Of a stretch of 64,000 nt of DNA, positions 1 to 14,264 are shown piece after piece (the first letter of the stretch is position 1; each line of letters starts with the position of its first letter). A program made the position numbers and the translations under genes. Origin of the DNA: Azolla caroliniana (taxonomy: Eukaryota > Plantae > Polypodiophyta); NCBI GenBank assembly GCA_043228905.1, contig JBHGNT010000014.1, positions 18,228,001 to 18,292,000 of the forward strand. The letters are read 5' to 3'. The notes under the pieces were generated by a model. It did not search any database. It was given only the letters and a program-made list of their open reading frames with translations, and had not been told where the DNA came from.

Positions 1-143
1 GTAGTCATGATTCTCTCAGTGTGGAAGCCTGATATGCCTAGCAACTCTATGATTTTCTCATTGTTAAATATGGGCATGCTTGCAAACTGTATTGCAACAT
101 GGCATTGACTACACTGGCCACTGACCGTTAATGATATTTTCAG

Positions 144-472
144 AAGGTGAGGCCGTTGTCGCCTGTGCTTTTGGAAGCATTAAAATCTGCGTTGTCCAAG
201 TACAACACTTATCTTGCATCTTTTGGCGAAGATGAATTCTACCTAAAGAAGAAAATCGAAGTAGAGCTTGGAAGCTTGTTGGCTCATATTAAACAACGGT
301 GCAGTGGTCTTGGTCCAGAATGGGGAAATGTAAGATTTTTTCTTACCTTGCAGTACTTGCTTCCGTTTATGTCATGCTTCATGTATAATTTTACTACATG
401 ATTTGTCAACAGATAAGCCTTCTTGGAACATCTGGTATCTCTGGCTCCTTTATTGAGCATCGTGCTCATTGA
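144..472 (+). CDS. Last two exons of a conserved plant protein gene (5' part lies outside the window)
   Basis: Exon 144-329 (tttcag|AAG...GGAAAT|gtaag) and exon 413-472 (aacag|ATA...CAT TGA) splice in phase 0. The product is KVRPLSPVLLEALKSALSKYNTYLASFGEDEFYLKKKIEVELGSLLAHIKQRCSGLGPEWGN-ISLLGTSGISGSFIEHRAH*. This resembles a conserved angiosperm C-terminus recalled as ...RCSGLGSEWGKVTVLGTSGLSGSYVEQRA, possibly At2g21385/CGLD11-like (from memory, unverified). Confidence 0.8.
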
Positions 473-3304
473 TTTGGAATGCAGGTATTTCATGCCAGAT
501 GACTATGCAATTTGTTTTAAATTAGATTGTTTTATGTAGGCCAAAGGAAAATAAATTAAAAAACTAATATTGCTAGCTAAATCAATGTCATACGCCAATA
601 TAGGAGTATTACATGGGCCATGGCGTTTAATGAGGAACCTATGTGACATTCATTTGTGTTTTCTTTGCATTCATGAAATTCCAAGAATAAGAGTTGACCA
701 AAGAACATCATAACGTTATTGCTTGATTGCGTCAGTGACATACATCAATTGAGAGTGTCTGGCCTCCAGAATCTCCTATCCAGTCCATGAATTCATTGAC
801 ATGGTCAAATTTGCTGTTGCAAGTGTATCAGAACTATATTGGATTGACTCTGTCACCATAGCCTTACTCCATTCTACCTCATCTATTCATAAGAGACACA
901 AAAACCACTATCTGATAAGAGCTCACTGACGCCTTTCAAACAGTCTATGAAGGTTTTCAACAGCTCTTATGCACAATGAATCGTGATCAAAGCATACAAT
1001 TTTGAGATTGTTGTGTCAAAGGTGACAAAAGGCTTTGACATAGAAAATATGGCATCCATCTTGCTGTTGACGTGAACATTATAGTGTTGCATAGTTTTTC
1101 ATTGTTTTGTGCCACTTCACACAATGTTCTCAACCCCCCTGTCAAAACTCTGCATTCATGATAAGCTGATAAGAGATATACCCATTTCTTTTCTTTACAT
1201 CAGTCCATCAACCATACATAATGGAACGCCAACATTTTTTTACTGGCCTCAGTAAACGACCCCATGCTTTTTACTGCACTAGATTTGGTCATCTTGACCT
1301 CTGCAAATCATTGCTGATATTTTTTCCAGCCCGATGTTTCAATAAGAGTCTTTGTTCTTAGGAAAAACTCCCAAGTATCCCAAGCTTTTCTCTATTTCCC
1401 AAATGCTCCTTACTTTTACTTCCCATGATGGCCATGGTCTAACACCCAAAAAACCAATTATATGTTGAATAGTTTGACTTTGAGCAATTATATGGTGAAT
1501 TCGTCCCATTTCCCTCTATTTTGGGTGGTTGACCAACAACTGGGAGAAATAAAGAAAAATTTAGGTGTTTCTCAGTTGGTTTTGCTTTATTCTCTATCCA
1601 TCCAATTAGGAGCATATTGCATGATTGGTATTTTATTAGAGTTTCCCCATACACTTGTTTTTTTTGTTGATTTCGTGACATGTGCGTGTTTGCAGGAACT
1701 TCATAAAGACTTTGACGGAGAGAAAAGTGATGGCTTGCAATTTCAAGATGTACCAAGGACCAATCCGTGTGTGTCAATTTCCCTGTAAACAGATTTAAAT
1801 GCTCCAGAGAAATGGAATAAATGTTCATATACACATATGCTATAATCACTACGTCTCTCCACGTTTTTTTGGTGAAATAAGTGAACCAATGAAATAGGTT
1901 CAATACTTCAATTTAATAGAAAGCATTTTGTTTGATCTAGTTAATCGTTTAGTTTAATTTTGAGACTCTGGTGAGGGCTTCATGATGTCTCTCTCTTGTA
2001 TAACTTTTCGAATTACTTGGCTTTTGAGCCAATATTTGAATATAGATATTTTATGTTCAAAGATTAAAATTTAACACCCTTTTAAACTTCTCGTTCATAT
2101 CCTTTTTTGATGGGGTTATCACTCTTATTTTCAATGGTACCCCACATTTTCATAAAGCCCTAATGAGAAGTGGTTTTAAAGCTAGCTATATGAAGAGTAG
2201 AATTGAGAACATACATTCATACATATTCTATGTAGGCATATTTTTGAATGTGCATGAGACGAAAATGCATGGAAAGGATAATCACATCCTTATTGTTGGA
2301 TCATGAAGTCATTGAGAAAATCCCCTTTATCTCATCTCCTAGTTTCCAATGATGTTCATGTCTGTGACAATGTGTGAGGTTAACCTTTCACTACATTCAT
2401 CTAGCTGCTTTTAATATAGTCTTCTCTTAGATGCGTTCATGATAAGACCTAGGCCTAACTAGTGATGCATGATAAGTTTGTAACTAGACCTAACTAGTGA
2501 TGCATGGTATGTTTGCTTTTCATATTTTAAATGTAAAAACATGAAAACAAAATATGCTTCATGAATTTAGATGGCAACATATAGTACGGTAAAGATGGGG
2601 AAACGTTCGGTTGAACCGACAACGAAATCATGACTTGATGGATTAGCCACTCCAATTGAAATGTCGAAATTTATAAATGGTTTGAGGTTCAATGGTCTAG
2701 GTTGATTCAGTTTGAGATTTTATTTTGAGAGAACATTTTTGAAATATTTATTAGATATATAAACAAATAGTATAAAGTTTAGAGAACTTAAGTGTTTATT
2801 AATAAAGAAAGGTAGCTTTGAAAACTTGTGTACATTTGCCATTCATTTGGTTCGCGTTGATAAAACTAAAATTGGAAACCATGGATTAATGGTTTCTAGA
2901 TTTCTAGTTTGGTAATAAGTTTCAAAAGTTAGCAAGCGATTTGAGTTTGAAGATATTGAACAAGTGGTGGTTGATTATTGTGTAACACATTGAATAAATT
3001 ATCGCATACAAACATGCCATTTTTTTATAAAATAGCCATAACGTTTTAGGAAAATGTGCTTCCAATTTCCAAATAGCCATTACCTTTCAAAATCCTTAGC
3101 ATACCCTTTATACTCAGCACAACGAAATCATATGTAAAATGCAAGTATTTCAAGGCTTCTGAAAAAGATGGATAGTTACGAAAAATTGAAAATAGGACGA
3201 GAAGTGTGAAGAAATTTCAAACATTTATACATAACACATGAAGGAAAAATGTTTGAATTTCTCTTTATTTCCCGAACTACCCATTAATTTTTATATATTA
3301 TTCC

Positions 3305-5970
3305 TAACACTAGTATTGATGGGCTCTCAACAGATTTTTTCCGCAATTATTGGGAGTTTATTGGGACTGATATTACTGCTACATTTCAGGAGGTGTTTGA
3401 CACTGGATTTATGCCAAATAAGTGGATCGAAGGTATGATTTATCTTATTCCTAAGTTGGAAGGGCTAGTGGCTGATATTAGGAAGTGGCGACCAATAACT
3501 ATATTGAATACTATTTACAAAATATATGGTAAGTTGTTGGCTATGAGATTGCAACCTTTTTTATCAAACATCATTCATAACACCCAAATAGGGTTCTTAC
3601 AAGATAGGAGTATATTGGATAACATTTTTTTATTTTGGGAAGCGGTTGCAATTTCATGAGAAAGGAAAGAGGATTTAGCAATCTTGTTATTGGATTTCGA
3701 AAAGGCTTATGACAGAGTAGATTGGTCTTTTTTGAGGGGTACCATGGAAAAGTTGGGTTTTCCTAATCAATGGTTAACGACTGTCTCAGCTCTTTATAAC
3801 TCAGCTACTAGTAGGGTATTAGTAGATGGAGAGTTAGGCCAAGCATTCGCAATTTCGAGGTCAGTGAGACAGGGTTGTCCGTTGGCTCCTTTTTTATATT
3901 TGATGATTGGAGAAGTGTTTAGTAGTTTTCTTACAAGTAATATTGTGAATATAAAAGGGCTACAATGGCCATGGTTAGAGGAACAGGTTGTGGATTGTCA
4001 ATTTGCTGATGATACAACCTTGTATTTGCAAGGTTCTAGCGACAATATTTTGCTATGCTTCTGGAACTGTTATTAATTGGATTGTCAACATGCTATCGAT
4101 ACATTTTGCTATGTTTTTGGAATTGTTATTAATTGGAATAAATCGGTGGGGTTCTAGGTAGGTAACACAGTAAACCCTTTGTGGTGTCCACAAGAAGGGT
4201 TTCAATGGATTCCGCATGGGAAACCTATAAGATACTTGGGATGTCAGGTAGGTATGAATATTTTGCCGGAAGATCATGTAGCTCCTCTGTTGCTTGCTAT
4301 AAGGAAGAAATTGTTATATTGGAATACTGCTAGATTGTCATTGGCAGGAAGGGTTGTTATTGCCAATCAAGTATTGTTGGCTTCCATGTGGTACATTTTA
4401 TCAGCTTGGTTGTGCTCACATTTTGCTTTATCGCAAGTACAAAGGCTTATTAGGAATTTCCTTTGGGGATCTAAAGATTGTTCTTATGTGAGAGCCAAGG
4501 TATCTCGGAAAGTTGTTACAACTTCAAAGGACGAGGGTGGTCTTGGATTGATTGAGCCTCTTTTACAATGTAAGGCTTTAGTGGGAAAATTTATTATAAG
4601 AGGTTTGTTGCCTGGTGGGGGAGCCTTGGAAAAAAATCTTAAGGTAGAGAATGGTTAAAGTTATGCCTTCTATTGGTGGCAATTGGAAAGATAATATTAG
4701 ATGGTGGTTTTTGAGAGATTTTAACCATTCCATTGATATTTTTCGCCCAAATAAGTTTTGCCTTCTGGACGACTTCATTCTCTCTTTGTGGAAGATGAAA
4801 TTGTAACTCGAGGGAATAGGTTGCCTATTCGTATATTATGGAAGAAAGATAAAAAATGGATATTGAACCCACATCCAAATGACATTAACAATCTCTCTGA
4901 TTTATGGCTCTATGAGACTAAGCCCATTGATCGCCTTTTGTGGGATCCTGGTGAGTGGAAATGGCAAATCAGATCAGCGCAAGGAATGTTAGGTAAGCAA
5001 ATCCCATTTTTTCAGTATTCAATAAAAATGGGTAGAGAAATGCTAAGGAGAGATGTGATTGTTACACCAACAGCTTGTAATTTTTGGAGATTTGGTAATG
5101 CAACAAATTCTTGGTTGAATGCTTATTGGAAATGGTTATGGGCCATGCAAATTCCTAAAAAGGTTGTGTTATTTAGATGGTTGTTGACACATTATGGCAT
5201 TCCTGTGAAGTCACGGATGCGGGGACATTGTCAGGATTTAAAATGTGTCAGTTGTGGTTCTCCCATTGAATCAGTTTACCATGTTTTATGGATATGTCCT
5301 ATTGCTAGAGCAATTTGGAAAAGAATGTTGAAAATGTTATATCCTATTTATGGTAGGCAGTTGTACACATGGGGTTTTGTGAGATGGGGAAGATTGGCTA
5401 AAGAAATTCAAAACTATGAAAAGGAGTATGGCAATTTTTTTCTCCTCTCTAATGGAAGACATGTATTGGAGGTCTTAGATATTACATCGGTCCGTTGTCT
5501 AGAAGAGGATATGGTATGGTCTACGATATATTCTCTAGTCATTTGGGTATCGTGGAAGGCTAGATGTAAATGTGTATTTCAGAAAGTTAAACAAAATGCA
5601 GTTGAGTTAGTCAAAGAGGTATGGTTAATGCTCGTACATACTTTAAGAGGTCAATAGGACACAATAACTGGTGAGCCTGAGGTTGTGATTCGGAGACAAC
5701 AACAGTTTAGAGAAATTTGGAAAAACGCTGAGGTCTTCGTCTCTTTTAGAGAAAGAGTAAAGTGGAGATATGCTCCACCAAGATGGCTTTTTCCACCGCT
5801 CGTCTTGGAACAACCTTCATGAGGGCTTTTGATACTTCACATGCTGGTTGATGTGGATATTAGGGTTGTAATATATTGTATGAACTCGTTGTAGCCTTTC
5901 GGCATCTTTCCATTAATACCAAGGTGAACCTTCTTTAAAATAATAAAAATAAAAATAAAAAAATAAATAA
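3305..5970 (+). mobile_element. 5'-truncated, degenerate L1-clade LINE (ORF2 reverse transcriptase plus zf-RVT)
   Basis: Broken ORFs 3393-5657 carry RT motifs WRPITILN, LDFEKAYDRV, VRQGCPLAP, QFADD and YLG, plus zf-RVT (WKWLW..IPKKV..F.W, CVSC..ESVYHVLWIC). A-rich tail ~5935-5970. 14-bp TSD TTATATATTATTCC at 3291-3304 and 5971-5984. Confidence 0.93.
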
Positions 5971-7084
5971 TTATATATTATTCCAAATGCCCTTTGTTGA
6001 CACAAGAAAGATTTTAGGTGGTACTTGAGTTACATGCATTCAATTCATCCCCATCCCCATACCCATCCCCAATGGATTATCTAAAAATGAACATTTAGGG
6101 ACTTAACTCCCTCTAACCAATGGCATTTGAGAAAAAAAAAGGGCATTTAGGGAAATAAGGGAAAAGTGAGCAAGTGATTCATGGAGGGGCATTTGGAGAA
6201 ATAATAAGCATCATGGACATTTGGAGAAATAACAATGACCTCTTGAATACCCAATCAATTTATTGTCGAGGTCTCATCATTTTTCCAGAACCACCTTGAC
6301 ATTGGGGTTGACGAGAGGAATTGGCCAACCATATTGAGGACAAAGGTTATTGGTTTTTTGCCATTTTTTTGAGCTCTAGAATCCCTTGACATGAATGGAA
6401 ATTTGGGTTTCTTTTATTTATTAACGAAAATGCCCTCATGGTGACAATGAGGACAGGAGAACCAATGCCGCATCATCTGTAAATCGAAGGAACACACCTT
6501 GGCCCGCGATAGAAGCCGATGTAAGGATTATTCCATTTTTTTTCAATTAAATTAAAGATTTGATTCGCTAGGGGCATGCCATGAGCCATTTGTTGCATAA
6601 TTACATTAAAAAGATTCTCAAGACATACTTGTCATCACATTATAACTATTGCTAGTTTTTTATTGTTAGAATTCTCTTTTATTATTATTATTATCCATTC
6701 ATTAATGGTTACATGATTTCTCGATTCCTCAGGTTGGCTTCGTAAGGAAAGCGTTTATGCCATCCTAGAGTTTTAAAGTTTCTTTGTCGCTAGACATACT
6801 TTCCGGTGCTTTTCTAGCATTTTATCAAAAACCACTATGTGGCTTTATAAGCCTTGTTGGCATCAAACAAACTTTCTCTTCTCACGCTTTTGTCGCAATC
6901 ACTAATTCGTGACTTAAAAATGTATTGTCGACATCAAAGGAACTTTTGGTTGCTTTTCTAGCATCTTACCAAATTTGTGAATTTGAATTTCTTTGGCACT
7001 TTTCTAGCATTATGCCAATTGGCATTTGGATGGCAATGGCAATGTTTTTTTTGGGGGGGGGGAGGTTAAGGTCAATGTGCTTCT

Positions 7085-7088
<4 letters not shown>

Positions 7089-7139
<51 letters not shown>
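7089..7139. repeat. (GA)n microsatellite
   Basis: About 25 GA units read directly. Confidence 0.95.
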
Positions 7140-7142
<3 letters not shown>

Positions 7143-7238
7143 CCAAAGAGGGTGATATCCTCATTTCTCTCCTTGCAAGTTTGATTATTACTGCAAGAAA
7201 ATGTGAATATTGTGTATGAATAATGAACGATCTCAATA

Positions 7239-7396
7239 AAAGTACTGAGGAATACAAAAATCCTCACTTGCCCACAATTGACAAAGCTTGATTATGATTG
7301 CGCCCCAATGGATCTTAGTAAGAGTATCGAGGAATACAAAAATTCTCACTTGCCCACAATTCACAAAGATTGATTATCATTATGCCCCAATGGACC
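7239..7396. repeat. Two-copy ~82-bp tandem duplication
   Basis: GAGGAATACAAAAAT(C/T)CTCACTTGCCCACAATT...GCCCCAATGGA occurs twice in tandem. Confidence 0.85.
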
Positions 7397-9087
7397 TATT
7401 GAGCTACCATACTATGTCTTGTGAAGAAACTCATGATGTTGTTGTGAGCTTGAAATGGAAATTGGACTAGGGAAATATCGAACTTCTCGTGCCATAGTTT
7501 TATTATTAACAATCATATCTTAGTTTCCAATGTTTTAGCATTCATTTCTTTGGAACATTAAAGGTCGACTCAAACTTGGAATGATGTGTTCTTTATTGCT
7601 ATCTCAAAATAATCTAGAACATGCTCAATTGAAGTAATAATTCAACAAGTTGCATTATATTCATGAGTTCGTACACGTGTTTGAAACTTAATAATTTTTC
7701 AAAATCTATATGCTGGTCAGACTTTCACATCTTTAGAAAGACTTGTAATATGTTTACTTCATTTTATGTATGTATTGTACTTTTTTGCATATTTAAGGAG
7801 AGAAAAACTAGTCATTCCTACACATCTTTCTTCGATGGAATATGGTTTCGTATTGGATGTGAGTATGAAATATGAACTATTACGAGAAGATATGTTGCAC
7901 AATACAAGGATCTTGATAACACCCACTTTCTCCATAGAAAACACATCTAGGCATACTAAGATGTAATCTCACGGTAAGAATGATAATGTATTCAAACCAT
8001 TCTCAAAAGATTGTAGTTGGTTTCTTTCACACCACACACACGTAAAAGGAATGGTTCCAAGTTCCAAGCATTCATTTTTTATGCCAGTCCATGTTGTTCC
8101 AATGTCATACCAAACCATCCTTTAAAGTCTCATTACTTCCCAAATGAAACATTGAAATCCAAACCTGTAACGAAACATTGAAAAGTTCCACTACTTCACA
8201 ATAGAAAACATTGAGATTTCCATTGCAATGATCAACCTGCTTGGGGATTGACCATTCATAAGAAAGTTAAGAGCCACCATGTTTGAACTCTTCCCGATTC
8301 CCACCTCACCTTTCGTAGTTTTAATAGAACATAAATTACACAAGTCTCCATTCCACAAAGAACGAAAAAAGCATCTAGTGAAGTAATCAACAATAAAATT
8401 TAGTAAACAAGTCAACTCTTTCCCCTTCTTAAATAAAATATGTTTGAATTTACCAAAACTTTAATATACCAGCATGATGGATGTGATGCTTTGATTGTTA
8501 AAGGGGGTGTTTCACACAGAAAACACATTAATGTGATCATTCAAATAAAAAGCATTCTCACGAATAAGAAGACTAATGGAACAAGAAGTGTCCTTGTTTG
8601 AAAAAAAGTCTTCTTGGCAAATGGCATTGTAGATTTCACATAGAATAATGGTGTCTCTCTTCCCCATTACAAAATCACTTATTTATTGATTAATCACTTA
8701 TTTATTGATGTTTGCTTTCTACATGCAATTCTTGGATCTTGTTTCACCAAGTTTCAATCTCCAGAAGAAACCGGGAATGAATCACACTGCCTTTTCTTGT
8801 TAGTTTCTAAAGAGACATCTCTTTTGTGCTTTAACTTACAATAAGATCCCATTGATTGTAAGTTTTAACATGATGTGTAAATTATGTGTTATGACTAGAT
8901 TCTCTTTGGAATAATAATAATAGTAGTAAAACAAGAGCATTTCTTACTTTCGTCTTTTCTCACACATAAAAGAATTAGCTAGTGGAGATAATTATTCTAA
9001 AACATTTAGCTTCCAAAGATTCCATAACTATGAGGTTAAGATAGTCGAGGATATCCCAATGAAAATACGGAATCATCACATTTAATA

Positions 9088-9215
9088 CTTCCACACGAGG
9101 TAATTCACATTCTCTTCTATGTGAGATGGATTAGGGCCCACTCCCTAGTCCACAATCACCACAATTGCTTCCACGCGAATTAATTCACATTCTCTTCCAT
9201 GTGAGAGGGATTAGT
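9088..9215. repeat. Two ~48-bp direct repeats 80 bp apart, each with a small TCACAT...ATGTGA hairpin
   Basis: CTTCCACACGAGGTAATTCACATTCTCTTCTATGTGAGATGGATTAG vs CTTCCACGCGAATTAATTCACATTCTCTTCCATGTGAGAGGGATTAG. Confidence 0.75.
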
Positions 9216-11889
9216 GCATGTCTTGCACAACTGAATTCACTTAATTAAGATTCTCTTTGACTACGATGGTTCTTTTTGTATTGTCACCAACTTTCTTGTG
9301 AAGGAAAGTCGTTATGTTTATGTCATATCTCATGCACTCACGGATGTAATTACTTAATTAGGTTAATGAAAACAAAAATCATCATGTCACTATTTTCCAA
9401 ATATTATCATGTTTATCATGTCAAGTAAAAAGGACTCCCACAATGTAAAGTTATATTTGCTAGATTGTTCTACTCATGGGGCAATGATGAAACCACAACC
9501 TTTTTTTTTTATGTAAAGAGAATAACTTACACAAACTTCACACTAAAGAATCCAAAGAATCTCCAATGGACCACTTTAATGAATCTTCTATGCTACAAAA
9601 TTTGAAGCTCCTTTGAATTTCGGTGTTATTAGTGATCTTTACTTACCCTGGACCCGTTTCCTTCTTTCATGATCTTCCGTATTGTATGCAATATGCATTT
9701 TTTTTGTTAGCATAATTGAGAAAGTAGAGAGATAACATGCCATGGTAGGTTTGTTATATACGAATTTGTATGGTTAATCATCACAATTACATTCCTATGT
9801 CAATTCATCATGGATTTGGGCGATGGACATGTGGTAAATGTTGTATATATTGTACATGGATCAATAATACAATACTAAAAAATTTCTTTTCAAAATCTTG
9901 TATGTCATAATGATGACAAAACATGTGGACATTTGTTTACCTTAATGTGTGGACGAGAATACATTAGTTTAGCACAACATATCATAGAGCCTATATAAAA
10001 CATAAAATGAGAACCTAGAAAGGTGACATTATCATACCATTTCAGCAAGGCCTGACTCATAAATATTAGTAGCACTAATTGATATACACGATATTGCTTC
10101 TTAAGATAGGAAAGAAAGATGCCAAACATCCAATGATTTGTTTAACACTCGTCTAGTGAATGGGCCATTCTACCACCAATACACTTGATCATCTGAGTTA
10201 AATCTATCACATAAGAGTGTGCGAACATACCATGTCACATGCTTTTTAGGTAATATGAAAGAGATGCATAAGTCAACACAACCCCACATGCAAAATCACA
10301 TCTATATGTTTATGAGTGTTTGTACATTAGTATATAGGATAGGCAACTGGATAAAAATATATAAAGACATAGTTTTTTTTTTTTCCCAAAAAAAAACTCC
10401 TTCCATTAGTTATAAAATTTTACAAATGAGACGATTATGTACAAATCCCTAAGTATGTAAAGAAAAGCTCAAATGATGTTTGAATGCGTAGACCATCGAG
10501 ATTATCCCATCTCGAATATTAGCTCTTCTTGAACAACTTGAAAAACTTAACACCATAACGAAAATGCTTGTTTGTTACTTCGTCTCTACCTTTTGAGATC
10601 ATTTGCTACATATTCACTCCATGTATCTTTGAAAGAGTCATGTTCTTCTTTTTTCTATGGAGGGAAGGTTGATTTTATGCGATTTTTCAAACAAACTTTC
10701 CCGAAAAGTATGTGCCATTAAAAGTTATGTTGGTCTACAATACCCAACATTGAAGTGTGCCTTCAAAGTCTTATGTTGAAATAAAGTGAGTGGCATTTCC
10801 TTTTCATCTACCTCCCATCATGCTATTTAAATCATGGTTGAGTATCACCTATATTAGGAGCCAATCCTACTTCACCTTGTCATTACTTGTAGTTATAGCT
10901 ACTAGGTCTTGATTCAATTGAATACACACACTCACTCTCACACTCTTAATTCATGTCGTTAATAATAAATGTAAATCCTTAAGAGCACAATCAGCCAAAA
11001 CAATAAACAAACAAACATGATGAACATTGCATAGGTCATCTCGACAAGGAATGCGTGTACTCATAGAAAAATCTCCTCTGGCGATTTCAAGTTTATCATG
11101 AACATTGTAGCTTAGACATCATGATAAAAGAAAAATTCTTGGTTATTTCGTTCAAATCCTTCATGTTTACGACGAAATTAATGTTTCATTCAAGTATTTA
11201 TCCAAATTCTTACTTTCTTATCGTTTCACTCAAGTATTTATCCAAAGAGAAAAAAAAGTTCTTAACCATAAAGTTTGGTTGATTTGGTTACATTCTAACT
11301 TTTTATAAATTATGGGCGAAAATGTGAAATGGACATAGGCATTTACCCTAAGGTGAACCTTACATGTTATTTGTACATTGTTTGGCGTGTGGGATTGCTC
11401 CACTTTAAAGAGGAGTTGTGCTTGGTAAATTATATAAGTACATTGATTTGGATTCTAACAATTATTGTAAGTGTCATGGGTACAAGTTATCATCAAACAT
11501 CATGCCTTTTTATGCTACGATATGTGGTTGCTCTTATGTACTTGGTAACACACCACAATTGATCCATGATAAGGATGCTGATATAATGAATTATGGGGAG
11601 TGTAAACTCTAATTGTAGTTACAAAATTCATTGACATGCATAGACCTAAGGTAAACATAAAGATCGAGAAAAAGATCAGAATGAATTGGTTCTCTGTGCA
11701 AATGGGGATATGAAATCGTTTGAGGGGGGTAGCAAAGGTGTGTCGTGATACACTACATTAAGGAAACACCACTTTTGGAATGGATGTAAGAGGTGAAGCA
11801 AAGAGCACCACCTTCGCTTTGTTAGCACGTAAGGGTAAAGAATCTTTCAGTGTGGGGATATTGATGAAGCAACTTCTAGATGAATATAT

Positions 11890-12259
11890 CATAGTTGTTA
11901 AAAAACACGTATTCTACGTTTAGAGTACGTTTTAGAATACTTTGAGTTTGAAGTATTCTAAACGTATTCTACGTTTTAGAACTGCCGTTTTTTAAAATTT
12001 GATGTATTCTAAAACTTTGACGTATTCTACGTATTCAATGTATTTATCATTTCTAAAAATATTTTCTTTTTTTTTGAAAAAAGAAAATTTTCAATTTTAA
12101 GAAGTATTTAACGTATTTTACAAGTATTCTACACGTATTCTAAGTATTTAACGTACTTTATCTATAAAATATGTATTCTAAGTATTTTTTAAAAAAAGTT
12201 AGAATACTTGTAGAATACGTATTGTACGCGTATTTTATGCTAATTATTTTACAACAAGG
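11890..12259. mobile_element. hAT-type non-autonomous element (MITE), 370 bp
   Basis: Imperfect TIRs CATAGTTGTTAAAA / TTTTACAACAAGG; perfect 8-bp TSD GAATATAT at 11882-11889 and 12260-12267; many subterminal CGTATTCTA/TAGAATAC repeats. Confidence 0.88.
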
Positions 12260-12277
12260 GAATATATGTAGATCTAC

Positions 12278-12281
<4 letters not shown>

Positions 12282-12330
<49 letters not shown>
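12282..12330. repeat. (GA)n microsatellite
   Basis: Read directly. Confidence 0.95.
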
Positions 12331-12331
<1 letters not shown>

Positions 12332-13721
12332 CTTTGAAAGCCATAAAACACTAAGAAAAGGTTTGGATAGGGAGACTTTGGTAAGAGGGCCCATGTAACT
12401 TATTTGTTTTAGAAAAAAGCAAAGGGAATATGCTGGCTACATAAAGTTGAGAAGTTTGTGTGTGGGCGCATAGTACAAAACCATGCTCCAAAAAGCGAAT
12501 AATGTGCACATGTATGTGCGAGAGTATATATTCCAATGTATGAGACACAAATCTATGTTATTTTGGGCCAGTGTGACGTGAATAAGACTTGCGGGAATCT
12601 TCGAATATTAATGGCTATCCTATCTTTCATTATGATGAAGCCAAATGGTTTTCTTGATCGACTATACATGAACGCATGAATAAGGACTCAATAAAATAAG
12701 CGTAAACTCAGTTGAACCTTTTGATTTGTGATTAAATTTGGGTATCCTAAACAGGAAAGAATCAACTTGTTGTATCGATCCTCCATAGATTCTTTCCAAC
12801 CGATTCTTATGTCTAGCCATATTTAAACAATGTGAGAAGTTCAAGGGTGGGCATTTTAGGTTGATTGATGCTAAAGGATTAATCATGAGATATCACGTCC
12901 ATATGATGGGCGATTTATGTGAGAGTGGAGAGAAAGAGAGCATATTCGAGTTTCTCCCTTAGTTAGATGAACGTCAATGCAAACATTTTACAATGCATTG
13001 AATAAAGACATGAAATGCAAGAATTGCAAGTTTGAAACACAATTGCAATGGCATTAGCAATTCAATCATTCACTAACATGTCCATATGTTTTACGGCTAT
13101 AGAAACTAGTGTAAACCAAATGTACATGCCACACATACATGAAGGATTTCAGAAATGGTAATGTTATCATTTCATAGAGAAATCGATGATGAGGTATTTG
13201 ATCCGTTTTGCATCAGAGTTTCGAAAGTGTATCCTATCAAGGTCATCATATTATTTTTAAGAATTGACTTAGAATCGAGATTCAACATCGTAAGACTTGG
13301 TGAAACCAAAGGTGACCCTTGGTAGATATGGTGTTCATAGAGCTTTGTAGCAAAGCACTATCGAAACGAATCCTCCATTCAAGCTACGCGCCAGTTTTGT
13401 GGTACTCCATGGAGACCATTGAACAAGAACTCGTTTCTCATGCTTCGAGTGTTCGAAAATACCGAAAAAGGCACTTGAACATGTCTGAATGTGATATGAT
13501 GGGGGAAAGGCAACACTCTGGATCTCAGAGTGGGAGCCTAATCGAGAGGGCGACACATTTTTTCAGAGTTAATGATGCCTAGGGGTAACAACCCAACCAT
13601 ATTCTGGCTTTAATAGCATCTCGGGATTGTAGTTGTCAGTAAGCTGTATAGAGAGTAAAAAGGATGTTACGTATGAAATGTGGCATCGTCAATCGAATAG
13701 AGCTTTTTACAGACAGATAGA

Positions 13722-14152
13722 CACACACACACACATTGACACTTTGCCCCCATCCGAAGTGAGTCTCCCGAGATTTTGGTTGGCAAATAGACACAAGACA
13801 CATGGCACACGACACACGACACACGACACACGGCACACACACACTCACACTCACACATTGATGCTCTGCCCCATCCGAAATGAGTCTGCCGAGATTTTGG
13901 TTGGCAAATAGACACAAGACACATGGCACACGACACACCCACATAAACACACACACACTCTCTCTCTCTCTCTATGTGTGTGTGTCTGTCACTCTCTCAC
14001 ACACACACTCTCTTTGAAACAACATTCAATATATTATTTATTTACATTTATGGCCTCCAAAATGAGAATGTGTGTGTGTGTGTGTCTCTCTCTCTTTGAA
14101 ACAACATTCAATATATTATTTATTTACATTTATGGCCTCCAAAATGAGAATC
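13722..14152. repeat. Two adjacent tandem duplications (~120-bp and ~85-bp units) interleaved with CA/CT/GT microsatellites, upstream of the MYB-CC gene
   Basis: CCCCATCCGAA.TGAGTCT.CCGAGATTTTGGTTGGCAAATAGACACAAGACACATGGCACACGACAC x2; CTCTTTGAAACAACATTCAATATATTATTTATTTACATTTATGGCCTCCAAAATGAGAAT x2. Confidence 0.9.
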
Positions 14153-14264
14153 TTCTTCTTCTTCTTCTTTGGCAAAACAGAGCTTCTTCTTCTTCTTCTT
14201 CTTCTTATCAATTCTTCTTCACATTTCCTTTCCTTCTTCTTTCGTTCATCTTCCTCAGATAATC

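Noticed and set aside
1439-1903. Overlapping 154-aa and 108-aa ORFs; possible hAT transposase remnant around 700-1800
   Set aside because: Only faint resemblance, with no diagnostic motif or termini I can support
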